64,000 nt of DNA from Thermoprotei archaeon (GCA_003649205.1 QMRC01000003.1:81048-145047); one strand, 5' to 3'. Counted from the first letter of the stretch, positions 18,545-28,004 are shown. Notes: generated by a model not told the origin, from the sequence alone. Numbers and translations are program-made.

Positions 18545-18823
18545 GTGATACTTGAAGGACTTAGGAACGCAATGATAAATACAATGGTTGAGCTACTTTG
18601 GCTGGCATTAATTATCCACGTAGTGTCTCTCCTAGCTATCCTCCTCGTAATGTTGAGACATAAGTTAGCTACTATGTTCATCGTTCTCTGTGCCGTGCCA
18701 TATCTCGTGATAGCTATTGGTCAGAGCATAGGTATTAGTGAGAGGTACGGGATGATGATCATATGGGTAATCAGGTCTAGCTCTCTTAGTCGCTACGTCG
18801 TGGATTTGAGAGTGCATTGCTAA
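18545..18823 (+). CDS. Small hypothetical membrane protein
   Basis: 92 aa with two clear hydrophobic helices. No other support. Confidence 0.3.
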   Translation: MILEGLRNAMINTMVELLWLALIIHVVSLLAILLVMLRHKLATMFIVLCAVPYLVIAIGQSIGISERYGMMIIWVIRSSSLSRYVVDLRVHC

Positions 18824-19180
18824 GAGATGACTTTACAGGGATTCTCAATCGAGGTTTACTGTGGTTAATGCCATTTACTACGCTAGCATTTTGACCACCT
18901 TCAGGACCTAGACCTGACCTCACTTACCTACTTAGACACTTGATAGCTGGTTACTTCGGTGCAGCTTACTGCTTGTCAACACCTGTCGTATTGACCATAA
19001 TGCTTCTTCACTATCCGAGGATTAATGTTCTGAGGTTAACCACCTTTCTAGGACTTTAATTTGCTGTAATGAGTGTTCTTTCACAATTTGAGTACCCAGA
19101 GTGTTGATGTGCAGAGCCTTTTAGGGAGGAGCAGTATTACACATACCACTACTCGTAATATTTCTTTACATTTGTACTAC

Positions 19181-20047
19181 TCATTTTGAGGAGGAGGTCA
19201 ATACCTTAGTACGAGGTATTGTAGCTACGATTATAGCCACGGTTAGCGAGGCTAGTAGTGACAACATACCGACAGGCATTGAGTACAGCTCATCCTCTAT
19301 GTCCACTGTAAGCTTCATTAATCCAGCTAGTGCATTTATAGCTCCATGCATAGTAGCGGCTGGAAGAACGCTACCACTAACCTCTCTTAGGTACAGCATT
19401 ATGTAGCTCCATACGGAGCAGATGAGTATGAACATACCTAATCCCACGATATCTCTGTGATGTGGGTAGTTGTAACCTAGGAACAGTATGAGGGGGGCGT
19501 GCCATAGTGCCCATATAGTTCCAATGATGATCGATGAGAGAGTAGTTCCGAATTTAGGTCTGAGTAGTATGTAGAGATACCCTCTCCATCCAATTTCTTC
19601 ACCAAGTGCAAAAGCTGTATTGATCGTTATGGCGGCTACATATGTTCCAACTAGTGTAGTTATGAGTACGGTGATAGGACCGAACATCTTAGCTAGAGGT
19701 AGCTCAGCTATTGGATTCACTACTCTAAATCCAAGTAGGTACGCATAGAGTGTACCTAGTGCATATACGGCGTAAGGCACTCCAGCACCTATGAAGAAGT
19801 ACTTCAGATTCTTCGTGCTTAACCGAATACCTAACTCCTTTAATTCTCTAAGGATTGGTTTCCTAGTGAGTACGATCACTGTTATAACTGCTAGGAATGG
19901 TGCGTACATTCTAGCTGCGAGGATGAGGGGTACGTACTTCATCTCCACTATCTTGAGAATTACAGGGATGTCCATGAGGTATGCTATGGTATATGCCACG
20001 GCTATGTAGACTAGTAGGCCTTGGAGGTTTTTGATTAGGGTGCTCAC
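19181..20047 (-). CDS. CPBP-family intramembrane glutamic endopeptidase (CAAX protease/Abi type)
   Basis: GEEIGWRGYLY (EExxxR motif), WALWHAP (FxxxH-type) and MHGAINA, in a polytopic 288 aa protein. Confidence 0.8.
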   Translation of the reverse strand: MSTLIKNLQGLLVYIAVAYTIAYLMDIPVILKIVEMKYVPLILAARMYAPFLAVITVIVLTRKPILRELKELGIRLSTKNLKYFFIGAGVPYAVYALGTLYAYLLGFRVVNPIAELPLAKMFGPITVLITTLVGTYVAAITINTAFALGEEIGWRGYLYILLRPKFGTTLSSIIIGTIWALWHAPLILFLGYNYPHHRDIVGLGMFILICSVWSYIMLYLREVSGSVLPAATMHGAINALAGLMKLTVDIEDELYSMPVGMLSLLASLTVAIIVATIPRTKVLTSSSK

Positions 20048-20132
20048 GTGGTATCTTCCTTGGGGTAGGTATTTGTGGATTTCTCTCCAGTTATCCTCAG
20101 TAGTTATTCTTTTTAAGGAGGATTTTACTTAG

Positions 20133-21074
20133 TTGAGTTTCCTTCTATGTGAGGTGGTGTGGTTGGGAAATTTTATTGATGTGAGGAATGTGTGTAAGTC
20201 CTTCGGTTCGGTGCAAGCTCTTCGTGGTGTAACCTTTTCTGTGCCTAGGGGTGTGATCGTCGGTATTATTGGTCCTAATGGTGTTGGTAAGACTACTTTG
20301 CTGAGGATTCTCGTTGGTCAATTGAGGCCTGATTTTGGTACTGTTCGTGTTCTCGACTATGATCCTTGGGAGGAAGGATATGTGCTGAGGAGGTATCTTG
20401 GTTATCTACCTGAGGTTCCTGTTTTTCCACTTAAGGCTACTTGTTGGGAGGTACTTAGGTTCTATGCTAGGTTGAGGGGTGTTAGGGAGGGTGAAGTTAG
20501 GAATGTTGTTCAGTTACTTGAGTTGGAGAAGTACTTAGGTGCTAGGATATCTACTCTCTCACGTGGTGTTATTCAGAGGATTTCTCTTGCCTGTACTCTC
20601 ATGGGTTCGCCACAGGTACTAATTCTCGATGAGCCTCTTACTCACGTTGATCCAGGTATGAGGATCAAGATCTTGAGGTACCTTAGGGAACTTCACGAGG
20701 ATTTCGGTGTGGATGTCCTGATTGCTAGTCACATACTACCTGAACTTGAGTACATCTGTAACTACGTTGTTGTTCTATGTAGAGGTCTTGCTATGTGTAG
20801 CGGTAGTGTAGTGGATGTGTGTAGAAGATTGGGGTTGAGTGTTAGGGTGTGTGTAGCTGTTACACGTGATCTAGATGTGAGGAAGTTGTGTGATGAGGTA
20901 GGTAGGTTACAGGGAGTATCTGGTACGGTTGTGGATAGAGAGGGTATCACGTTCATTGTTGATCCTAGGTACTTGGATCAGGTCGTGAGTAAGCTACGTG
21001 AATTCGGTATTAGGAAGATAACGTACCTGTTCCACAACCTTAGTGAGCTATATGTTAGAGCAGTTGGTGGTTAG
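20133..21074 (+). CDS. ABC-2-type transporter ATP-binding protein
   Basis: Walker A GPNGVGKTT, signature variant LSRGVIQR, Walker B LILDEPLTHVD, H-loop ASHIL. Confidence 0.85.
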   Translation: MSFLLCEVVWLGNFIDVRNVCKSFGSVQALRGVTFSVPRGVIVGIIGPNGVGKTTLLRILVGQLRPDFGTVRVLDYDPWEEGYVLRRYLGYLPEVPVFPLKATCWEVLRFYARLRGVREGEVRNVVQLLELEKYLGARISTLSRGVIQRISLACTLMGSPQVLILDEPLTHVDPGMRIKILRYLRELHEDFGVDVLIASHILPELEYICNYVVVLCRGLAMCSGSVVDVCRRLGLSVRVCVAVTRDLDVRKLCDEVGRLQGVSGTVVDREGITFIVDPRYLDQVVSKLREFGIRKITYLFHNLSELYVRAVGG

Positions 21075-21075
21075 T

Positions 21076-21948
21076 ATGTCTATGAGGACCTCACTTAGAC
21101 AGTACCTGAAGCAGATGATCTACGTAGTTGTGTTCAGGAACACTGTATGTACGGGAGATCTCATAATCCTCGGTCTTGCTCTTGCTGTATTCACGGTAGC
21201 TGTCCCCCTCTACACAGTGACATCGATATTCTCAACACAGCCTGTAGTGGATGCTCTTAAGTACATACTCGTAGACGTCATGACGCCAATGCTCGTGATG
21301 GTTTACTCATGGTACATAGCTGAGACCTACGTAACAACAACAGGTGAGGTAAATGACTTAAGAGCACTCCTACTCTCACTACCGTACACGAGAAGGTTCA
21401 TTGGAGTCACAACCTATCTAGACGTACTGATTACGTACACCATAGCGTACGTGTGCGCAGTAGTGACTCCATTCTGGTTAGTGCTCGGTAACTACATGGT
21501 GATGGTACTGAACTACATAGCTATCAAGTACACAGTGATCATAGTGGAAGCACTGCTCTACACATCGCTATCACTAATCATCATGATGTTACTGAGTGAA
21601 CAACGTGAAAGTTTAAGGAAGTACACAGCCCTTGGAGTATGCCTACTTCACTACGTAGTTTCGAGGTACGTGTGGGCTCTCTACACTACGGCATTACCTG
21701 AAGTAGATCTCAAGCTAACTATCTCGACATCAGCACTCCCCATAGATGAGGCACTAGCTTACTACGTACTATGTAACGTACTAGGTCTGAAGTTTAGTGG
21801 TGTTAGGTGTAGAGGACTTGCATGCATATCAATACCCATGAGTACTGCAGCTAGTAACCTCTTCATCATTGTACCCATGATCTTGCTTACTTTACTTGTG
21901 CTATCTGCTCTGTACCTAGTTGCTAGGAGATTGGAGGTGGTTAAGTGA
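21076..21948 (+). CDS. Polytopic membrane protein, probable ABC-2 permease partner
   Basis: The track ORF begins at 21043, but the ATG at 21076 lies 1 nt after the ATPase stop (TAG 21072-21074). About 6 hydrophobic segments. Confidence 0.55.
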   Translation: MSMRTSLRQYLKQMIYVVVFRNTVCTGDLIILGLALAVFTVAVPLYTVTSIFSTQPVVDALKYILVDVMTPMLVMVYSWYIAETYVTTTGEVNDLRALLLSLPYTRRFIGVTTYLDVLITYTIAYVCAVVTPFWLVLGNYMVMVLNYIAIKYTVIIVEALLYTSLSLIIMMLLSEQRESLRKYTALGVCLLHYVVSRYVWALYTTALPEVDLKLTISTSALPIDEALAYYVLCNVLGLKFSGVRCRGLACISIPMSTAASNLFIIVPMILLTLLVLSALYLVARRLEVVK

Positions 21949-22634
21949 TGTTGAAGGCTTTGTCCTGTATACTCTTAGTAATAACAGCGATCATAGCTAT
22001 AACCTATGTTCCGCAGTACTTCGGTTACTTCATACCTCCATACCCAATGCACATATCGACAGGAACTAGCATAAACCTGAGTAGGTACAAACTACCTCCT
22101 ATTCTAGTATGTGGTGTACAATACATTGATGTACCTAAATACCTCTCACGATTGGTAGAGGTTAGAGTTGGGATTGGTGTAGGGTGTCGATCTCCTGAGG
22201 GATTTAGGTGGTGGAGACCAAATGTTAGTGGGTTCATAGCATTGCTTCCCTCAGACGTTGCGTTGAAATTCTTCAATGTAACTCAATTGAGGGAAGGGGA
22301 AGGTGTTGTGAGTGGTGAAGAAGCTAAGATCCTTTACAGAAAGCTACTTAGTTACCTCATTGGTCGTAGTTACTTCAATGGTAATGTAGCTACCTTAAGG
22401 GTACTGATCAGCAATAGCTCATACATTGTAGTGTATATTGAGGACTTTGAGCCAAAACCTAAGGTACCTAGGGAGGTATGTGTCTTGAGTATGAACGTTG
22501 ATGTGAACGTTGGTGCTACTCCACGTGACCTGGTGATGTTTGTAAGCTCACTTGCAGTTACTTCAGTAGTGGCTATAGCTCTCTTTGTAATCGACGTACT
22601 GTGGAGGCGTAGGTGCCGGTATGTCTACTCGTAG
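21945..22634 (+). CDS. Bitopic protein with N- and C-terminal TM helices and a central extracytoplasmic domain
   Basis: 229 aa. Its start overlaps the previous stop by 4 nt. No recognised motif. Confidence 0.45.
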   Translation: MMLKALSCILLVITAIIAITYVPQYFGYFIPPYPMHISTGTSINLSRYKLPPILVCGVQYIDVPKYLSRLVEVRVGIGVGCRSPEGFRWWRPNVSGFIALLPSDVALKFFNVTQLREGEGVVSGEEAKILYRKLLSYLIGRSYFNGNVATLRVLISNSSYIVVYIEDFEPKPKVPREVCVLSMNVDVNVGATPRDLVMFVSSLAVTSVVAIALFVIDVLWRRRCRYVYS

Positions 22635-23388
22635 TGATGAGTATGTGAAGTTAGATGACTTAATGGATTACGTGTTCTCTGCTCTAGGTAGTTCTCAGAG
22701 GAGGAAGATACTGGAGGTTATTGCTGATGGTGGGTGCGTGTCACCAGGTGAATTACTTAGGAGGTGTGGTATTCGTGATAGTAGTACGCTTAACTATCAC
22801 CTATCTAGGATGAGGATGCTCATTGATAGGGATCCTCATAGTGGTGGTTATAGGCTTACACCGCTAGGTAGGTTAGCACTCGAGATGTTTAGGAGCTTTA
22901 GGTCTGTTCTCGCTACTACGATACCTTACCTAAGGGGTGTGGAACCTATCATAGTGATTAAGCCTAGGTGCTTACCCTACTTAGTTATTGTGCTCACGCT
23001 ACTAGCTCTAGTACTCACTACCTTACTCACTGTATTCAACATCTTCCTCCTGATGCTATTTACTGTTGGTCTCCTCTATGCGGGGTACAGGTTGGTCACT
23101 AGCTACTGTACGAGGTACGTGGTATCTAGGTACTTTGTTCTCGTGATGAGAGATTTCACGATGTTTCGATGTAGACGTGTTCTGTGGGGTAATATTGTTG
23201 GTTTTTCTTTGAGTAATAATCCGCTAGCATCAGCTCTGAACTTGACATTCCTGAATCTACTCATTACTTCAGGTGGTAACTTCGTTAACTTACCAGTTGG
23301 TTATGTTGAGAGGTCTAGTGATGTGATTACTGAGATCAGGATGTTAGTAGGTTTCTCTCATGTCCTCAACGTTTATCTCCCTCATTGA
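22621..23388 (+). CDS. Membrane-tethered winged-helix (ArsR-like) protein with a C-terminal bPH/DUF304-like domain
   Basis: N-terminus RRKILEVIADGGCVSPGELLRRCGIRDSTLNYHLSRM...YRLTPLGR is wHTH-like. Two TM helices follow. Then TRYVVSRYFVLVMRDFTMFRCRRVLWGNIVGFSLSNNPLASALNLTFLNLLITSGG resembles bacterial PH (YdbS/YdbT) domains. Confidence 0.55.
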   Translation: MSTRSDEYVKLDDLMDYVFSALGSSQRRKILEVIADGGCVSPGELLRRCGIRDSSTLNYHLSRMRMLIDRDPHSGGYRLTPLGRLALEMFRSFRSVLATTIPYLRGVEPIIVIKPRCLPYLVIVLTLLALVLTTLLTVFNIFLLMLFTVGLLYAGYRLVTSYCTRYVVSRYFVLVMRDFTMFRCRRVLWGNIVGFSLSNNPLASALNLTFLNLLITSGGNFVNLPVGYVERSSDVITEIRMLVGFSHVLNVYLPH

Positions 23389-26300
23389 GCAACTTTACTG
23401 TGGTGACTACTTAGTGCATGTAGTTCGCAGTGAGGCTTTTCTCAGGGAGTTAGGGTACAGCTTCAGTACCTACGTTACTGAAGGTGAGGAACCTGAGAGA
23501 GTAGATGTTAAGTTCTGTGACTTAGTACATGAACTCAGTAGTTGTCCAGAAACTCGTGAGCTTGCGTATGAGAGGCTGTATAGGCATCAGTGGGAGGCCT
23601 TGAACTACTTGGAGCAGGGCTACAACGTCATATTGAAATCAGGTACTGGATCTGGGAAGACTGAGGCTTGGGTCATGTACTTCCTACGTAGAGCTAAGGA
23701 GGGTGGTCTCAGAGCAATTGCTCTATACCCTACTCTAGCTCTAGCAAATGATCAGATTAGGAGAATTGAGCGTTATGCTAGAGCTGTTGGTATTAAGGTT
23801 CTCCAACTAGATGCTCCTAGAAGAGATGAATTGATCAAGAAGTTAGGTTCTCATGGTTTGAGACGTGAAGTGAGTACAGCTAATTTGGTGATCACTAATC
23901 CTGCGTATCTTCTTCATGAGGTTAAGAAACTTGTACTCAATCCCTCAAGACCATACCTCTACCATTTCTTCAGGAAACTAGATCTAGTAGTTATCGATGA
24001 GCTGGACTTCTACGGTCCTAGGAGCTTAGCTCTACTACTTGCTATGCTTCGTGTAATTTCAATGTTTAGTGAGGTGAAGCCACAGGTCGTTATCTTGACG
24101 GCTACTCTAGCTAATCCAGATGACATAGGACAGTACCTACGTGAAGTAACTGGAAGAGATTACAGAGTTGTTGAGGGTAAGCCGTTTCATGTCAAGAACT
24201 TCACCTACGTAGTTCTCGGTAAGAACTTAGAGGGTATTTGGAGGAAGTTAAGTGATCTGTACAGTAAGTTAGCTACGAGAGGTGACATTGATGGAGAGGT
24301 ACTTGAAGCACTTAAGGACTTTGAGAAGTTCCGTAGGAATCCACATAGGGTACTTGCTTACTTAAGTGCTCTCGGGTTTGAAGTACCTACCTTAGGTATT
24401 GACCTATGTGAGATATTGCAAAGATATGTGGAGGATGATGGTGTTACCTTAGTCTTCACTAGGAGTATTGCTAGAGCTGAGGATATTGCTAGGAAGTTAA
24501 AGAGTTCACTTGGTGATAAGGGTGAGCTGGTAGCTACTCACCATCACTTAGTTCCTAAGAAGGTTCGTGAGGAGATTGAGGAGAGAGCTAGGAAGGGCTT
24601 AGTTAAGGTAATCGTTAGTCCTCGTACACTTACTCAAGGTATTGACATAGGTACCGTAGTTAGGGTTGTTCACGTTGGTCTTCCTGAAGATGTTAGGGAG
24701 TTCTATCAGAGGGAGGGGAGGAAGGGTCGTAGGAGAGACATTCCGTTTACTGAGACATTGATCATACCCTCATCTAGGTGGGATTGGGAGTTACTGACTA
24801 AGGGTAGTGAAGTACTTGAGAAGTGGCTTAAGCTACCACTGGAGAAGACCTTGGTGAATCCCAGTAACGACTATGTGAAGCTATTTCTAGCATTGGCTAA
24901 GTTGTTATCACCCTGGATGAGGGTTCCTCTAAGTGATGATGAGGTGAAGTTACTCAAGGACTTAGGTGTGTTACGTGGTGAGAAGGAGATTAATGAGAGG
25001 TTGATTAAGTACATTTGGGAGAGGATTAACTTCTACGAATTTGGACCACCTTACGGTGTTAAGAGGTATCTCAGTGATGGAACTGAGGTAAAGGTTCTAG
25101 AACCAATCGGTAGGTGTGATCTTGTTGAGAGATTTCAGGTAGGGTGTATTGACGTTGCTAATCTAGCTATGGTGACTGATCTGAAGCTGAGTAAGAGAGG
25201 TAGGTCTGTAACTGCTGTTCTCGAGCAACCTTTGAACTGCATTAACTTCTATGAGAGTGATGTGCTAGCTGATGCCTATGAAGAGTACATTCTTGTGAAG
25301 AGGGAGTGGGGTGAGGAGCCTAATTTCCTACGTGATGTGGTTAAGGGAAAGATAACTTCACAGGTACATTGTGTTGTGTATCCACCTAGAATGGGATTTG
25401 GATTACTGAGGAAGTTACCTAACCGTGTAGTATGGATCATCACCTCTGAGAAGCCGAAGATAATTCAGGTTCAGAATAGGCATGTAGTTACGTACTCAAG
25501 ACGAGCAATCTACGTACCTTCACTCTGTGTAGGTGAGTACCGTGACTACACATACGGTATTCTCGTGGAGGTTGATGAGAGGGAAGATCCTGTACTACTT
25601 AGGCTAGGGCTAGCATACATAACGATTATTTTGAGGAGAGTACTCGGTATACCTCTTGAAACCATACTGTATGGAGTGGAGAAGGTTGGTGAGAAGAAGT
25701 TCATCGAGCTACATGAACCTGAAGCCTCTGGAGTACTTCAGCTACTTGACTGGTCAAGTATACGTAAACTAGTTGATAGCTATGTACCTGATGACCTGGA
25801 TCTAGTACTACTTAGTCAAGTTGATGAGGTAGCTTACTCTGATTTCATATCTCTGAACTGTAGCTGGGAGGTAGTTAGGGAAGCTGCGAAGAGAGTAATA
25901 GACTATCTTGAGCTAAGGCATAGACTCAGAGCAGTACTTAGAGGAAGAGAAATCACAATTCCAAGACCTAGCAGAGGGTTGAAGTTAGTTACCTTTGACC
26001 TACTTATTCATGAGCTACCTGAGGAGAGGGTTAGGTTCCCTAGGTACCTGGTTGCCATAGCTTACTTTGATGGTGATGAAGTGAGGACTGTAGTAGAGAC
26101 GTGTTACGGCACGACCTTTGTGAAGCCACCTGAAGTGTTGAGACTACTTGAGGTAGAGCTAGAGGAGTACGTGTACTACGATGGTTATCGACTACTTGTA
26201 CCAGGTAGAGATGTCGTAGCTAGAGAACTTGAGGTAGTCCAATTGAAGAGATTGGTGAAGCTAGTTAAGGAGCATGGAGTTGATGTGTATGAGCATCTGA

Positions 26301-26554
26301 GGAACGCAGGTATTGAACCTACTTCAGTACCTACGATAATTGAGGAGCTTAAGGTACCTGAGTTAGAGCTTTCACTAGAGCCAAGTATAGAGACGGTACA
26401 TAGCGTACTCACGAAGCTCACACAGGAGAGGAGAAGCGAATTAACACGGAATGAACGAGAACTAGTGGAGAGATATCTTGCTAATAGGGTGAAGGCACTG
26501 TACGTACTGTACCTACTCGCTGATAGCTTACTGTCTAGCAAGCAGAGTGGTTAA
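23360..26554 (+). CDS. SF2 helicase of the YprA/MrfA (COG1205) type with a long divergent C-terminal region
   Basis: LYRHQWEAL (Q-like), GTGSGKTEAW (I), YPTLALANDQ (Ia), VITNPAYLLH, VVIDELDFYGP (II), LTATLANP (III), SPRTLTQGIDIG (V), YQREGRKGRR (VI). About 580 aa follow the core. Confidence 0.8.
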   Translation: MSSTFISLIEQLYCGDYLVHVVRSEAFLRELGYSFSTYVTEGEEPERVDVKFCDLVHELSSCPETRELAYERLYRHQWEALNYLEQGYNVILKSGTGSGKTEAWVMYFLRRAKEGGLRAIALYPTLALANDQIRRIERYARAVGIKVLQLDAPRRDELIKKLGSHGLRREVSTANLVITNPAYLLHEVKKLVLNPSRPYLYHFFRKLDLVVIDELDFYGPRSLALLLAMLRVISMFSEVKPQVVILTATLANPDDIGQYLREVTGRDYRVVEGKPFHVKNFTYVVLGKNLEGIWRKLSDLYSKLATRGDIDGEVLEALKDFEKFRRNPHRVLAYLSALGFEVPTLGIDLCEILQRYVEDDGVTLVFTRSIARAEDIARKLKSSLGDKGELVATHHHLVPKKVREEIEERARKGLVKVIVSPRTLTQGIDIGTVVRVVHVGLPEDVREFYQREGRKGRRRDIPFTETLIIPSSRWDWELLTKGSEVLEKWLKLPLEKTLVNPSNDYVKLFLALAKLLSPWMRVPLSDDEVKLLKDLGVLRGEKEINERLIKYIWERINFYEFGPPYGVKRYLSDGTEVKVLEPIGRCDLVERFQVGCIDVANLAMVTDLKLSKRGRSVTAVLEQPLNCINFYESDVLADAYEEYILVKREWGEEPNFLRDVVKGKITSQVHCVVYPPRMGFGLLRKLPNRVVWIITSEKPKIIQVQNRHVVTYSRRAIYVPSLCVGEYRDYTYGILVEVDEREDPVLLRLGLAYITIILRRVLGIPLETILYGVEKVGEKKFIELHEPEASGVLQLLDWSSIRKLVDSYVPDDLDLVLLSQVDEVAYSDFISLNCSWEVVREAAKRVIDYLELRHRLRAVLRGREITIPRPSRGLKLVTFDLLIHELPEERVRFPRYLVAIAYFDGDEVRTVVETCYGTTFVKPPEVLRLLEVELEEYVYYDGYRLLVPGRDVVARELEVVQLKRLVKLVKEHGVDVYEHLRNAGIEPTSVPTIIEELKVPELELSLEPSIETVHSVLTKLTQERRSELTRNERELVERYLANRVKALYVLYLLADSLLSSKQSG

Positions 26555-26623
26555 GTACTGCTACATCAACCTAATGTAAACACTTCAGCTACTTCACCAA
26601 ATACTATACTACAAATTCACACA

Positions 26624-27571
26624 TTACATTATGTACTGCTCACCGAGGACTCTGCTCTCACCCACAAGGATTTTGTACATGTAGTTCTTGATGAGGAGTG
26701 CTTTACAGAGACTACACAGATCCATAGTCTTTGAGTCAACATCCATTACTGAATTGACGTAAGCCATTACACAACGACTATTGGGACAATCAGGTAGTCC
26801 AAGGTGGTGGTATACTATGTGCAGAAGCTGCTTCCTTATTCTCTCCCTAGTCACTTCCGGTACTTCCTCTGCACCGTAGAAGCTATTGTGTAGTCTAGCT
26901 GTTGAGAATACCGCTATAGATGGTTCAATGGGTTTATTCTGAAGGCTAAAGACGAAGTTCAGGTTTCCACTGTAGATATCTGCAGAGGTGAACCCTATGA
27001 GGAAATCACAACTAATATCTCTCTTCACCTTTTCGAGAGCATCCAAGACGATCTCAGCTCTATACTGATTCCTACCTGGATCATATGCTTCACTGGGCAT
27101 CTCCATAGGTTCTAACTCCTTAATTATGAATCTTGGAAATACCTCTTTCACAGCTGCCATAGCAATCTCTAGGTCTCTCATATCGAAGGGTTTTAGCGGC
27201 TTGAATGCTATGGTCCTACTCATGGTCTCTACATAATCTCTAGCTCTCTTCCACAAATCATAGTACTTCTCAATCACGGTACTGGGAAGAGCTAGGTGTT
27301 CTAGGTATGGTCTAGGGTCTTCACACGAAGTAATATCCACGAATACTACGTTACCTGACTCATCCTCAAAAACTATTACATAAACATGTTTAGCAGGATC
27401 TGTAAGTACTTTGTATCTGTACCTGTATGTATGAAGAGACATGTCAACTATCTTCAGTACATTATTGAGATACCAGATAATTTCACTGAACTTTAGCACC
27501 TTACTTAACTTCTTATAGATGTGGGATGGTTCAATAGCTGGTATTGACAAGGTAGATCCCTCACACATCAC
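26624..27571 (-). CDS. Archaemetzincin-like protein with a non-canonical active-site motif and an N-terminal extension
   Basis: RNQYRAEIVLD...LNFVFS...LLHIVYHHLGLPDCPNSRCVMAYVNSVMDVDSKTMDLCSLC aligns by eye with the archaemetzincin pattern HExxHxxGxxHC-x4-CxM-x17-CxxC, but the motif reads H-I-V-Y-H...D. Confidence 0.65.
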   Translation of the reverse strand: MMCEGSTLSIPAIEPSHIYKKLSKVLKFSEIIWYLNNVLKIVDMSLHTYRYRYKVLTDPAKHVYVIVFEDESGNVVFVDITSCEDPRPYLEHLALPSTVIEKYYDLWKRARDYVETMSRTIAFKPLKPFDMRDLEIAMAAVKEVFPRFIIKELEPMEMPSEAYDPGRNQYRAEIVLDALEKVKRDISCDFLIGFTSADIYSGNLNFVFSLQNKPIEPSIAVFSTARLHNSFYGAEEVPEVTRERIRKQLLHIVYHHLGLPDCPNSRCVMAYVNSVMDVDSKTMDLCSLCKALLIKNYMYKILVGESRVLGEQYIM

Positions 27572-27636
27572 CAGAAGAGTTAGTGGGTTACTCTTGAACT
27601 ATTCCCTCATTCACATAGTTAGCTGTAGTACATAGA

Positions 27637-27644
27637 TTTATAAA
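27637..27644 (+). promoter_or_regulatory. TATA-box-like element for the RNase P RNA gene
   Basis: TTTATAAA centred about 26 nt upstream of the predicted RNA 5' end at 27666. Confidence 0.4.
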
Positions 27645-27665
27645 TCCTAAGTAACTACTCAATCT

Positions 27666-28004
27666 GGGCGCCCTAGGGCCGGTAGCGGGCGTCGGGGGGC
27701 TCCGGCGACGGGCCCCCTGAGGAAGCTCCACCAGGTAGCGGGGGCCGTGGCGGCGTAAGCCGCCGGGGGAAATCTCCGGGATAGGGTACAGAAACGAGAC
27801 CCCTCCCACTGGATGTGGATGAGGTGGGATGGACCGCGGTAACGCGGTCCTAACCACTGACAATGGTGGGAGGAGGGTGAGACGACCAGCCCACGGCAAA
27901 AGGGCCAAATAGGGGCCGATGAGGTCCCCGCACGAAGGCCCGGGTGGGCCCTGAGACTAATCCCGCAAGACAGAAGGTGGGCTACTACCGGCCCTAGGGC
28001 GCTC
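27666..28004 (+). ncRNA. rnpB: RNase P RNA (archaeal type A-like)
   Basis: About 340-nt GC-rich island in AT-rich DNA. The 5' GGGCGCCCUAGGGCCGGUAG pairs with the 3' CUACCGGCCCUAGGGCGCUC (P1). CR-I-like GAGGAAGCUCCACC, GCAAAAGGGCCAAAUAGGGGCC (compare bacterial GCAAGGCCAAAUAGGGG) and CR-V-like ACAGAAGGUGGGCUAC (compare ACAGAACCCGGCUUAU) are present. Confidence 0.85.

Noticed and set aside
20133-21074. Reading the ABC ATPase as a soluble defence-type ATPase (PARIS/Gabija-like)
   Set aside because: It has ordinary transporter-type Walker A, signature and Walker B spacing, is about 310 aa, and has an adjacent polytopic permease. That makes it a conventional ABC-2 exporter ATPase.
26185-26541. Long antisense ORFs inside well-supported genes (for example 26185-26541, 44177-44581, 9168-9509, 62094-62453)
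   Set aside because: They are Ser/Thr/Leu-rich and motif-free, and each lies fully inside a gene with strong family signatures on the other strand. They are shadow ORFs.
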